A stretch of DNA of 64,000 nt from the human T2T-CHM13v2.0 reference genome, Homo sapiens: the NCBI RefSeq assembly GCF_009914755.1, contig NC_060925.1; one strand, written 5' to 3'. Under the pieces are notes generated by a model. It saw nothing but the letters and a program-made list of their open reading frames with translations. It searched no databases and was not told the origin of the DNA. Shown in pieces: positions 28,521 to 45,202 of this stretch (position 1 is the stretch's first letter; each line of letters begins with the position of its first letter). A program made the translations under genes and the position numbers.

Positions 28521-28609
28521 TAAAAGTCTTTTGAAAATTAGGAAAGAGCTACCAAGAAAGCTAGGACTTATCAGGTCAAAATTTAAGAGAAGGCAAGATC
28601 CCCCAAAGG

Positions 28610-29225
28610 TAAGTCCTCAAAGATGCTTTTGTTCTGATAAAATTTGCAGATCAGGAATAACTTTGGTGGCTCAAGGAGATCAGGAATCAAAAATCAAATC
28701 CCATGTTCACCAAAGTAGAAGGTCCTGTCCATAGTGAGCTGGAAACTCACACAGCTACAGCATGATACAAGTAAACATGGAATAAAACAGGCTGTAAATT
28801 AAAATGATACCTGAATAATCCATAAAATCTCGAGATTTAAATTGTGTCATGGTCAAATATTGGTGGTGATTCAGTTTCTAGTGGTAGAAAATGGAAACAC
28901 TATCTGGAGGAAAGTACCTTCATTCTAAGGCCTAAAATTTTCACAATTGATATTTCAAATACAATGAGCAGTACACAAGACCTGAGGTATCAAATGAACA
29001 TGAACAAAGACTATAGAGTTACTCTGCTTATTATTTTTCAATAAAGAATGAACAATTTTGATATATCTGCAGGAAAGAACAAAAAATTAAAATTTATTGA
29101 TTAAACGTAGCTAACAAGAAAATTAGTGAACTGGAAGAGTAATTGAAAAAAATTTCAGAAAGCATCAAAGAGAAACCAAAAACAAGTGAAATTCAAAGAA
29201 GAGAAAAAGAACCATAGAGAATACA
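28610..29225 (+). mobile_element. Probable very old L1 (L1ME-type) 5'/ORF1 remnant
   Basis: 'aaattagtgaactggaagag' is ORF1 coiled-coil-like; heavily diverged. Confidence 0.4.
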
Positions 29226-31418
29226 AGCTTATTAGTAAAAAGTAACAAACATCCTATAGCAAGATTTTTGACATCAGTGCAACCTAGCTTTGCTTTAACT
29301 GTCTCAGGCAAATAAATGTCTTAATAATTCAAGTGGAAAGTATCTATTTTATTTTATAATATTTTATTATAACATTCTACCTCCATTAAATACTTTCTTT
29401 ACTTCTTGATTATTTTCTATTGCTTTGCCAATTGCTTTCCATACCTACTCTGCAGCAAAGACTTATATTTGTTCTTTAATATTCGTTTACCTTTGTTTTC
29501 ATAATAGAATCTCTGATTTTTGTCTGGGCACATTTCTGCTTAAAATAATGCCTACATATTTCAGCTGAATGTAATGATAAAACCAAAATCTAGCCAAAGA
29601 TATATTGTGTGGCATCATTTAGAAACCTTACTTAAAACACATCTGCAAGTTCCCTCACACTTTTATTTTCTATCTCTTCCTCTTTCTTGATGGCTGGAGT
29701 GTGCATGTGATGGGTGGAGTAAGTGCAGTCATTTTGGGTCATGAGGTACTATTTGACTGGAGGTCATGTTCAGAAAAGCATGAGATAAAAACAGTCAGTC
29801 ACTAAGTACTGAGTGAAATAGTTCCATAATATCAGTCCTAGACTGTATACCTCTGGAGTTTTACCTGAGAGGTGAACAAACATATTAGTATCATTTTAGA
29901 TCTTTATTACACATAGCTGAATCTAATTTAAACTGATAGCAATATGGTAGCTGGAAGTGGGATGGTACAGATGAAAGAAATGTAAAACATTTGACACCAC
30001 CTTAGTACAGGAGATTGGGTGACCAGTGATAAGGACTCAAGATATTATAGGCTGAAGAGCTGGTGACCCTTGTTATTATGGCTTCAAAACATTTTCACTT
30101 TGGAAGGCAGGCTACATGCTGACTGAGTGTGTTGTGTTACAGAAATTTTCAAACAAATACCGTAATTGAGTGTGTCTTAGATGTTACTTGTAGCTTTTAT
30201 TTAAGTCTTTTGAGAGAAAAAAAAATCTGGGTTATATCTAGCCAGGCTGAAATAAGAGATGGAAATAGAATAAAATTTTTGATAAGGCAGGTACTCTTTG
30301 AAGTCTGCAAGTTAAGCTTACTGAGATTCTAGTGATTCAGGGCCTTGTGTAGGTGAAAAAACCAACATCTCGTTCCTCAAATTGAAGCGGTTACAATAGG
30401 GGACTTCAAAGTAGAAATAAGACTTATATACAAAGGTGTAAATGTCTGCAGGAAAGATGAGATTAAGAATTTTGTCTTCCCTCCAACACCCATTGTTTCA
30501 GAAAGTTCACCTATGGTCACTATCGTTAATTTGGAAGAGAGGAAAATGAGTAGAGAACAAAAACCAGTAAGTGAAAGATCAGAAGCTTCAGGATTATAAA
30601 CAATGTCTAAACAAGATCTTTCTACTTGCTTAAGGATAGAAACTACTGACATCAAATAAATCAGAAGCATACTAAGTTTTTGAATGAAATGTATTACCAA
30701 AAAAAAAAAGTCTGTCCTAAAAATACCTGTGGTTCTTCAATCTCTATAGCAACCCACAGGCCCCTAAATCTATTAAGACTATGAAACTCCAACACTCAGG
30801 AGGAACAAATTCCCTAATACCTAATTCTGATGTTGCCATAAATATGAATAAACAGGTAAGATGTTTTCACAGGGAAAATATAGGAGATTTTTCCAGATGT
30901 GTTTACTCTATTTCAAAAGAAGAGAGTGTTTACTATTCCTATCAGACTGATTTGGTAACTGCTATGGGGGCAGAAACAACTGTGTTTCCCTTTTCCAAAT
31001 TAGAGTTTTATTATAGGTATGCTGTTTCTATGCCACTTTATATGCTAGGTATGTATAAGGTGAATATTTTATAATTTAGCTATAGGTTGCTAGACTATGA
31101 GTTATATCTTGTCTAAGTGAAGCAGACTGGACATCTACCAATATAACGATTGGAATTAAGTTTAGCTGCAAGTAGTGACTTATTCAATATAGGAGTACTT
31201 CCATCTCACATGAATATCTGAATGTAAGAAGACCAGGGCTGGTATGAAAACTGCAATTTTCTGTTATCCAGGATACTTCCAAGTTTCCACTCATTCATGG
31301 TCTAAAATGAAGTTCCAAGCCACAGAATGAAGGAAGGCAGAAAGAAGAGACAAAATCCATTGCCAACTGTCTTTTGGGGACATTTCTCAGAATCTGCCAA
31401 ATACTTCCCTTCATGACA

Positions 31419-32224
31419 TGGTTTGATGAGCTGAATAAAGGGCTGCCAAATCATCTATGTCCTAATCCCCTGAACCCTGTGAATGTCACCTTATATATTA
31501 GTTGGGTAGGGCTTCCATAGACTGACTGGCTTAAAACATAGTCTTTTTTTTCTCACAGGTCTGAAAGTTGGAAGTCCAAGGTAAAGGTTCCAGCTGATTC
31601 AGCTTCTGATGAGGGCTGTTACTGGCTTGCCGATGACAACCTTCTCACTATGTCCTGATATAGTCTTTCCTCAGTATGTGCACATGGGGTTGGGGGAGGG
31701 GGAGATTCTTAATCCTATCAGGTCAGGACCCCATCCTTATGACCTCATTTAACCTTAATTACTTCTTTAGAGTCCCCATCTCCAAATATAGCCACACAAG
31801 TTTAGAATTTCAACGTATGAATTTTGAAGGGACACATTCAGCTCATAACACTTTATAGGCAAAAAGATATTTGCAGATGTGATTAAGGAGGTTGAGATGA
31901 GTTGATTATTGTGGTGTGCCTGATAAAATAATAGGGGTCTTTGTAAGAGGGAGGCAGGACATTAGAGAGGATGTATGTAAGAGATGAGATGACAGAAGCA
32001 AGAGGTTAGGGTGATGTGAGGTAGGGGTCACAAGCCACAGAATATAGGCAGCTTCCAGAAACTAGACTAGGCAAGAAAACAGATTCTGCCCTTTGAAAAA
32101 CATCAGCCATGTAAACACTTTGATTTAGTCAAGTAAAGCCAATTTTAGTCTTCTGGAACTATAAAGGAATGAATTTATCCCATTTTAAGCCACCAAATTT
32201 GTAGTAATAGAAAACTAATATACA
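31419..32224 (+). mobile_element. MLT1D-like solo LTR, interrupted
   Basis: 'gtcctaatcccctgaaccctgtgaatgtcacctt...ggcaaaaagatatttgcagatgtgattaagg...gaaaactaatataca'; flanks tgaca/tgcca. Confidence 0.8.
31494..31850 (-). mobile_element. MLT1A-like solo LTR
   Basis: 'ggaagtccaagg...ccttatgacctcatttaaccttaattac...gacacattcagctcataaca'; flanks cctta/cttta. Confidence 0.85.
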
Positions 32225-33440
32225 TGCCAATACTTAATTGCTAGAGAAGCTGAGAAATGCAAATTAATCCAGACAGCTAAAATTTGGGGATGCTATTAAA
32301 GAGGAAGAGAGATATGATAGATATTAGAGGGCAAACATCACTTACTGCCACAACCAGAAATGATGGAATTTTTTCTGACTATTATAGTGACATAAGCTTT
32401 TAGGTTTGCTCCCTTTGGTAGAGGCTTTGTGTTCTGTTTTTGGAAAAGGTACATGCAAATGTTTGAAATTGTCCTTCAATAGTCATTCCAATCTTATTCT
32501 ATAATAAAGGAAACTCATGTTTTAGCTGGGCATTTGGATGGTCTTAATGAGACTTTATTTCTTAGCCTCTTGTAGCTATGAGCCCAATTTGTGGGGCCTA
32601 CCAGATATAAGCAGAGTGTTGCATGGCAGCTTCTAGGAACTTTCCAAAAGTAAACACAATAGCTGTGACCTCTTCTTCTTTATTTCCTCTTCTTTCTGGC
32701 AGGTTAGAATGAAAGCATAATGACTGGATCTGGTGAAACTATTGTGGACCACAAGAGGACCTGCAAAATAGAGGCCATGTATGCTGGAGCAACAGGATGG
32801 AAGGAGTGAAGAACTCTGAGAACATTATGATGCAGAGTTGTTATACCAGCAATGCACTGTCTATCTCTTGATTTTTATGTGAGAGAACAGTTGTTTTGTT
32901 TACATCGCTATTAGGGATGATTACTCCCAATTCTAACTATTGCATTCTCTTCCTTCTTTATTATTTCTCTCATAGAACTGTTCATGTAAATTTTTACTCG
33001 TGTCTCTACATACATATCCATAACATGTATAACAAAATTTTGTCTTTGAAAATGTAACATTAGTGAAGTTATTTAAAGGCATATGTGTTGTGAACTATTA
33101 TAACTAAGATATTGGGAAGGAAATTTGTTAAATATATTATTCCTAAATCTCATAAGCAACTTACATTAAGCACAGGAATTCTAGCTAATGAGTAAGAATG
33201 CTTTTTTATGTAGACAGTATATTCAATATTGGATACTTTTGTACTCTAAAATCATAGCCATATATAACTAAACAATGGTCACATGGGAACATAGTAAATA
33301 AAAAATGTAAAAATACATTTAGGTCATTACTGCTAACTTATAAGTTTATCCAAAACATTCCTAATCTAAGTGTTACTTTACAATCATATAGTTATATTTA
33401 AAAAGAAATGATAAAAATTATATCTGATGGAGATGTTTAG

Positions 33441-33951
33441 CAGAGGGTCTCAAACTTTTTGGTCAGAGGACTCCTTTATTTGCTTCAAAATTATGAGGCC
33501 CCTAAAATCTTTTATTTATGTGTATTATATTCTTTCAATATTTACCATACTAGAAATTCAAAGTGTAAAAAGTTTAAAGTATGCATTAATTTATTTAAAA
33601 TAACAATAAGAAACCCATTTTATTTTCATGAAATTACACACTATTATAAAACAGAACTATATTTCAAAAAAAATAACTGTTAAGAGTGGAACTGGTCTAT
33701 ATTTTTAAGAATAGATTTAGTGTCTGGCTTAATAACCCAGAGATTTTCATATCTGTTTATATATTAAATCTCTTATTGTATCATGTCATGCAGCCTCTGG
33801 AAAAACTCCATGATACAGTAATGGGAGAATGAGAATCAAAAAGGAAAATACTGTTTTAGTATTATTATAAAAGCTATATTGGTATGGTGGATCCTTTAAA
33901 AAGATTTCAGGAACCTAAGGTGGTCCCTGAACTACACTTTGAGAACCACTA
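33441..33951 (-). mobile_element. Charlie1b-like hAT DNA transposon
   Basis: TIR-like ends 'cagagggtctcaaact' and 'actttgagaaccacta'; ~510 bp; internal 'cagcctctggaaaaactcca'. Confidence 0.75.
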
Positions 33952-33993
33952 TTATACAGAATAACTACAAAGATAAATCTTACAAAACTGGAC

Positions 33994-34047
33994 CAATTAT
34001 AGGAAAGCCAGTCAAAAGGCAATTATAGGAAAGCCAGTCAAAAGGCA
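33994..34047. repeat. Perfect 26-bp tandem duplication (caattataggaaagccagtcaaaagg x2)
   Basis: Copies at 33994-34019 and 34020-34045. Confidence 0.97.
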
Positions 34048-34693
34048 TGAAAATTCTCAAGGTTATAACTTCCTCCTTTGGCTTGGAGAAGTATAATCGT
34101 CTGAAGCCTTCTCGCAACTCGTTAAAGTCATTCTCGGTCCAGCTTTGTTCCATTGCTGGTGAGGAGCTGCATTCCTTTGGAGGGGGAGAAGCACTCTGAT
34201 TTTTGGAATTTTCAGCTTTTCTGCTCTGTTTTTTCCCCATCTTTGTGGTTTTATCTACCTTTGGTCTTTGATGATGGTGACATACAGATGGGGTTTTGGT
34301 GTGGAGGTCCTTTCAGTTTGTTAGCTTTCCTTCTAACAATCAGGACCCTCAGCTGCAGGTCTGTTGGAGTTTGCTGGAGGTCCACTCCAGACCCTATTTG
34401 CCTGGGTATCAGCATAGGAGGCTGCAGAACAGCAAATATTGCTGAACAGCAAATGTTGCTGCCTGATCGTTCCTCTGGAAGCTTCGTCTCAGAGGGGTAC
34501 CCGGCTGTGTGGAGTGTCAGTCTCCCCCTACTGGGGGATGCCTCCCAGTTAGGCTACTCGGGGGTCAGGGATCCACTTGAGGAGGCAGTCTGTCTGTTCT
34601 CAGATCTCAAACTCCATGCTGGGAGAACCACTACTCTCTTCAAAGCTGTCAGACAGGGACATTTAAGTCTGCCGAGGTTTCTGCTGCCTTTTG

Positions 34694-35536
34694 GGGGAAG
34701 TTTGAACACATCACAAAGAAGCTAAAATCCTTGAAAAAAGATTAGACGAATGGCTTACTAGAAAAACCAGTGTAGAGAAGTCCTTAAATGACCTGATGGA
34801 GCTGAAAACCATGGCATGAGAACTACATGACAAATGCAAAAGCTTCAGTAGCCGATTCAATCAACTGGAAGAAAGGGTATCAGTGATTGAAGATCAAATG
34901 AATGAAATGAAGCGAGAAGAGAAGTTAGAGAAAAAAGCGTTAAATGAACAAAGCCTCCAAGAAATATGGGACTATGTGAAAAGACCAAATCTACGTCTCA
35001 TTGGTGTACCTGAAAGTGACAAGGAGAATGGAACCAAGTTGGAAAACACTCTGCAGGATATTATCCAGGAGAACTTCCCCAGCCTAGAAAGGCAGGCCAA
35101 CATTCAAATTCAGGAAATACAGAGAATGCCACAAAGATACTCCTCGAGAAGAGCAACTCCAAGACACATAATTGTCAGATTCAACAAAGTTGAAATGAAG
35201 GAAAAAATGTTGAGGGCAGCCAGAGAGAAAGGTTGGGTTACCCACAAAGGGAAGCCCATCAGACAAACAGTGGATCTCTCAGAAGAAACTCTACAAGCCA
35301 GAAGAGAGTAGGGGCCAATATTCAACATTCTTAAAGAAAAGAATTTTCAACCCAGAATTTCATATCCAGCCAAACTAAGCTTCATAAGTGAAGGAGAAAT
35401 AAAATCCTTTACAGACAAGCAAAAGTTGAGAGATTTTGTCACCACCAGGCCTGCCCTAAAAGAGCTCCTGAAGGAAGCACTAAACATGGAAAGGAACAAC
35501 CAGTACCAGCCACTGCAAAAATTTGCCGAATTGTAA
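34694..35536 (+). pseudogene. L1 ORF1p remnant lacking its N-terminus, with in-frame stops
   Basis: 'EIWDYVKRPNLRLIGVPE...RATPRHIIVRF'; terminal 'ttgtaa' at 35531-35536. Confidence 0.95.
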
Positions 35537-35599
35537 AGACCATCGATGCTAGGAAGAAACTGCATCAACTAATGAGCAAAATAACCAGCTAACATCATA

Positions 35600-39426
<3,827 letters not shown>

Positions 39427-39869
39427 ACAATGAGAACACTTGGACACAGGAAGGGGAACATCACACACTGGGGCCTGTCATATGGTGGGGGGAGCGGGGA
39501 GGGATAGCATTAGAAGATATACCTAATGTAAATGATGAGTTAATGGGTGCAGCACACCAACATGGCACATGTATACATATGTAACAAACCTGCACGTTGT
39601 GCACATGTACCCTAGAACTTAAAGTATAATTAAAAAAAAAAAAAGAAAATTCTCAAGTTTGTAAGAGTGCATTTGGAGACTATCAAGAGGACAAAGTAGA
39701 TGAGAAAAAACATTCTTCATAGTTTATCGCAGATCAAGAGGGAAAATAATATTTAGAAAAGAATAAAAATGAAACTACTACTCTCCAAATTATTCGATAC
39801 TGATACAGTATTATCTTCACTGAGTGGTAAATAAAGGTATAATGTTGAATGTTTTCATTAAGAACTAAT

Positions 39870-40232
39870 TTAAAAATTGCCTAAGAACTTGAATAAACAT
39901 TTCTTCAAAGAAGACACAGAAATGCCTCAAAAGTATATAAAAATGCCCAATGAAACTAATCATCAGAAAAATGCAAATCAAAACTGCAATAAGATATTAC
40001 CTCATATCTGTTAAGATGGCTATTATAAAAAATAGTAAAAGACAAGTGTTGGTAAGAATATGAAAAAGTTGAAACTCCTTTGCGCTGTTTTTGAAAATGC
40101 AAAATGACGTAGCAGCTACGAAAAGCAGGATGGAGGTTCTTCAAAGAATTAAAATTAGAACTATGATATGATTCAGCCATCCCACTTCTAGATATTTATC
40201 CAAAAGAATTGATATCAAGATCTCAAAGACAT
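39870..40232 (+). mobile_element. Older L1 (L1MA/MB-like) ORF2 3' fragment
   Basis: 'catttcttcaaagaagacaca...atgcaaatcaaaactgcaataagatattacctc'. Confidence 0.8.
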
Positions 40233-41637
40233 GAACACTTCCTAGTTCCTTTCTCTTACTCTTTCCCTTTCCTAGGATGCATTGTGTCATTTGATAAACC
40301 CTCTGTTCAACTCTCTCATTTCCCCAGTGATCTCTCTATTGACTTTGGCAATTCACACAGCTTTTTACCTCAGATTATGTATTAATCTAGCACCCACTTG
40401 CTGCTTTTCAAAACCAATTCTGCAATTACTTGGCTTGAAACCTTTCTTATCCACATATATGGAGCTAGGTATAATAAATGGTGTCAAAGATGGGTTTCTC
40501 CAGAAAGGGCTATAGCCTCCCTTCTAAGCCATCAATATTGCTTCCTTGGACCTTGAAGGCTGAACTACAATTATCTTTAGCCTCTGGTAGCTCTAGTATC
40601 TTCTCTATAGATTCTTCTGACAAATATCTTATACTTCTAGCTAAGTAGACACTAAAAACCACTACTTCTCAGAATTCCTAATACTCAGAACAACTCCAGC
40701 TTCTTATATGAGACCCATTAGTTGCAGGTGGCTGACTGACTAAATTGTACTTCATTGTTTATATTTCCCTCATTTCCATTCTTTATAAAATCAACCTCTG
40801 CCCAGTGAGATTTTTCTAGCTCTTCCCCATCCCCTACAAGTTCCAGCATAGAACTTGATTGATTGCAAGTTTGTAGGCCTTATGCTTTACTACAGTGCCT
40901 GGAATATTGTAAATATTCAGTAAATATCTATTTAAAATAAATTGCATTACTGGTGGAACCCTAAAATGAGAGTTATACAATAACAAAGGACAATTTTTAG
41001 AGTAGATGTAAGAATGTCATCACAAAGCTCATTTCTTAGCATAAGTTAAGCTAGAACAAATCCCAGAAACTGAATAATAATAATATTTTACTTTCCAGCA
41101 TAAGGAAACACACTATTTCACAAAACAATGACATAAATTGACCCCCAAAATAAATAAAAATACTTAAACATATTTTTTAGCATTCCATATTATAAAAGAA
41201 GGTGACCAGTTCCACATTTGCTAAATCTCATAGAGAATCAACTCCTTCACTATTTTCTTAGTATCATTTTCTGTTGAACAAGATAAAAAAGAAGATGAGT
41301 AGTAGCTTCAATATTTTGGCTTGTAATATTATGGAACTAATTATTCTCCCTCTGTCCTTCCCCCCCCCGCCATATTTACCTGAATTTAAAGTAGACATAA
41401 AATACTAAAAGCAATCAAATAAGACTAGTTCTTGATGTATGAAATTACAGCAACCTCACCGTGACTTGCCAGCTCTGTTCTGCAACACTCTAGTCAAAGC
41501 CAGCTACATAGACTGTGATGTAAATGCACTCCTGTGCTACGCAATGCAATAGTCCTGAGTAAGGTGAATCCTTCTCTTTCCTCTCTTATATAGGACAGGT
41601 GACAAATTATCTCATCTTTCTAATAGTAAAAGGAAAA

Positions 41638-42552
41638 TTACATCTCACCAAAGAATATACATAGATGGTAAGTAAGCATACGAAATGTTCAACATCATAC
41701 GTAATTAAGGGAATTATAAATTAAAGCAACAATGAGGTACCACTACCAACCTATTAGAATGACCAAAATCCAAAACACTGACAATACCAAAAGCTGATGA
41801 GGTCTTGTGTAGCAACAGGAACTCTTATTCATTGCTGATGGGAATGCAAAATGCTACAGCTGTTTGTATGACATTCTCGTCATACAATCCAGCAATTGTA
41901 TTCCTTGGTATTTACCCAAATGAATAAAAAACATGCCCACACAAAAACTTGCATACAATATTTGTAGGAGCTTTATTCATAATTGCCAAAACTTGGAAGC
42001 AAACAAGACGTCCTTCAACAGGTGAACGCATGATCTTTCATACAATGGAATATTATTCAGTGCTAAAAATAAAATGTGTGCTCAAAGCCACATGAAAAAG
42101 GCATAAAGGAGACTTAAACACATATCACCAAGTGAAAAGAAGCCAATCTGAAAAGGTTACATACTATATGATTTCAACTATACGACATTTCAGAAAAGGC
42201 AAAACTGTGGAGACAGTGAAAAGATCAGTGGTTGCCAGGGGTAAGGTAAGAAGGATTGGCAGAGTACAAAGAATTTTTAGGAGAGTGAAACAATTCTGTA
42301 TACTACAATAGTTTATACATACAATTATACATTTGACAAAACCCATAAAGTGTACAACACCAACAATGAACCGCAATGGAAACTACGGACTTTAGGTGAT
42401 AATGATGTGTCAGTATGGGTCCATCTATTTAATAAATTTACCACTGTGGTGTAGGATGCCAATTGTGGGGTATAGGGAAACTCTCTGTACTTCCCACTCA
42501 ACTTTGTTATGAAACTAATACTGCTCTAACAAATAAAGTTTATGAATTAAAA
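41638..42552 (+). mobile_element. L1MC (MC1/2-like) 3' portion
   Basis: 'aaaggcaaaactgtggagacagtgaaaagatcagtggttgccaggg...ggactttaggtgataatgatgtgtcagt'. Confidence 0.87.
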
Positions 42553-42827
42553 AGAAGAGAACTGATGATGTGGCATAAAATATAAAACAGAGGTACCTGA
42601 AGGCAATATTTCTATATTTATGTTATCAAAAAAGTAAGTAAATTTTTTGTTCACAATAAAAACGTTTTTATTTTGTAAATAAAACATATTTGAATTTTTA
42701 AAAAGATGTATAAACCTTTAGAAAGCAATAATTATCTAAAATTGTATTAACTATGAACACTATTAATATCTTGCTGACTATACCTTAATGTATTTTTTCA
42801 CATCTATGTGGTGTGTGTGTGTGTGTA

Positions 42828-43120
<293 letters not shown>

Positions 43121-45075
43121 TATGTGGTATAATTAAAAAGTTATCTTGTTGATATTTTTGAGTCCTTATTAAAATTATAATAGATTTAAATACAAACAGC
43201 TCATCAGATTTAAAAATATATATTTAACCTTTAGAATAATACATCTAATAATAATTAATGGAAAGGGTTCACAGGGAGAATTGTATATGAGAACATTTAA
43301 TTTTATTTGATCTTACAAAATGGCACTCAACATAGCATGTATATAGTTCCATGAGTCTTATTTATAGGAAAAATTAATCTTTGGAAGCAAAGCAAAAGTA
43401 AATAAAAATATTCTAGAATTCAAGCAAATCAGCAGTTATAAAACAAATCTTACTTTAGTAGAGCTGAATGCCAGGTTATTTTATGTCAGGTGTTTTCTGG
43501 AGGTATACAAAGCCATAGAGTACAAGATGTGAACATTCAGTATGTTAGAAGTGGTTCCGAGTAAGAGATGCCTTTCAGAGAGGTTGTATATGGTTACCCT
43601 ATAGATAGCTTTCCTCCTTTGCTGATAACCAGGGAGAATCAGGCACCCTCTCCAGAAGATTAAGACAGAGGGTGTGAAATTCCAATTTTCATGCCTCAAG
43701 GAGAAAGGGTATTGCTCAAGTTCTAAGAAAAAGATTAGATCATTATCCTAGGAAGTGGACTGTCAAAAAAGATAGAAATTCACAACATATAGACTGATTC
43801 TTTTCTTTCCACATGGTTGAAGCAGTAAAAGTTTCTGGCCATCACTTTCTTACTTCACAGATGCTTTCTCTCCTTCCTTACAACATAGGAACTAAATCAG
43901 CACAAGGAAGCTTCCGATGTATGTGGCAAGGAGTGGGGATGGCGGGGGGAGGAAGGGAGGGGAGCTAGGCTGCCTCTAACATAAATATTTTGGGAAATGC
44001 CCCCATCTATTTCCTTTTGGCTCCCATGGGTGTGAGTATCTCTCACACTATATTCCTTCTAAATTCATGTTTGAAATATAGGAAGTAGATGAAAGAAGAC
44101 TATTTATGCCAACAAAGTATAGGTAATAAAGGAATTACAACACAGTCCAGCCTAGGTTACTTACTATAAGTTTATAAGGAATTTGAAGTCAAAGCCCCGG
44201 TGGGGTATTAGTGTGTTTGCTATTACTCCCTGAATATATATTTTGCTTAGAACAGCAGTAACCTCCAAGGGAAAGGATCAACGATACCAAAGCCGATTTT
44301 AAATATCCTTAGGCATCCTAGCAAAATCTTTCATATTAGTATTCAGATTTTCCTAAAATCTATCATAATAGTATACAAGTTTTCCTTCAATTGGATTTAA
44401 TTGAACTCCCACAGTTCTGTATTTATGCCAGCCTAATCTGTACCACTCACAACCACGCTTTAATACCTGTAAGCCATGGAAAAGTAATGTCCCTAGTAAG
44501 TGTCTAGGAAGTGTTCCACATCCTCCATTTCTTCTATTCTGACCCAGCTGCTTTTGTCAAATTCACTCCTCACGGCTTCTGACTTCTGGTTCTCTATCTC
44601 ATTTACAGTTAGTTCTTGCTCCATAAACACTGGATGTTTATTTGAACATCTAGTTTTGCATCGTGGTATTTCCTAAGTGAATGTAGCTTGAACTCACTCC
44701 TCTGTCTCTTCGCACTTTAGGTTCCATAGTTATGGGAATTATTAAACCCTTTAAGTCAAGCACGTTTTATTCCCAAACAGGAGAAGATTCAGATACTGAT
44801 TACTTCATCTAATTACTGAACCTTGAATTCTATTCTTGGCTAATCCTTTGTATTGTTTTGCTCATGGCATGTTTTGTTGTTGCTATTGTTTTGTTTTTTA
44901 TGAACTTTCAGTATTAAATGTTCATGTTTTCTCACCTCCACCCCTTTCCCTACTCCTTAACCCTTTCACTGTTCCTTTAGATTTATCAATTATCACTATA
45001 GTTTCTTACAAACCAAACTCCAAGGCACAAGAAATCAGGTAGCTCACTTAGTTGATATTATTATTTTTACCACTC

Positions 45076-45202
45076 AAAATAATAAAAGATAAAAGAATAA
45101 TAAGTGAATAAAAATAATACATAATGAATAAAAGAATAATATGTAATTATTATATAAATAATAAAATAAGAATAATGAAAGATAATAATAAGAGAATAAT
45201 AT
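45076..45202. repeat. Degenerate (TAA)n low-complexity tract
   Basis: Directly visible. Confidence 0.8.

Larger units (their letters stand above)
31142..32352 (-). mobile_element. Old MLT1 solo LTR inserted antisense into MLT1-int and itself interrupted
   Basis: Ends 'gatattagagggcaaacatcacttactgccaca'; flanks accaa (31137-31141) / accag (32353-32357). Confidence 0.6.
29470..32944 (+). mobile_element. Two-LTR MaLR provirus (MLT1J-like; LTRs ~29470-29939 and ~32470-32944) carrying nested LTRs
   Basis: Two homologous LTRs ('ataatagaatctctgatttttgtctgggcaca' / 'ataataaaggaaactcatgttttagctgggca'); internal region starts 'aatatggtagctggaagtggg'. Confidence 0.7.

Noticed and set aside
34153-34725. 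190-aa ORF as a novel gene or L1 ORF0
   Set aside because: It is the antisense reading of the inverted L1 5'UTR/ORF1 start. The ORF0 start (MAGAPPP...) lies beyond the truncation point and is absent.
41460-41570. Minus-strand exon candidate (ccttactcag ... gtgagg)
   Set aside because: Stops occur in all three frames and the pyrimidine tract is weak.
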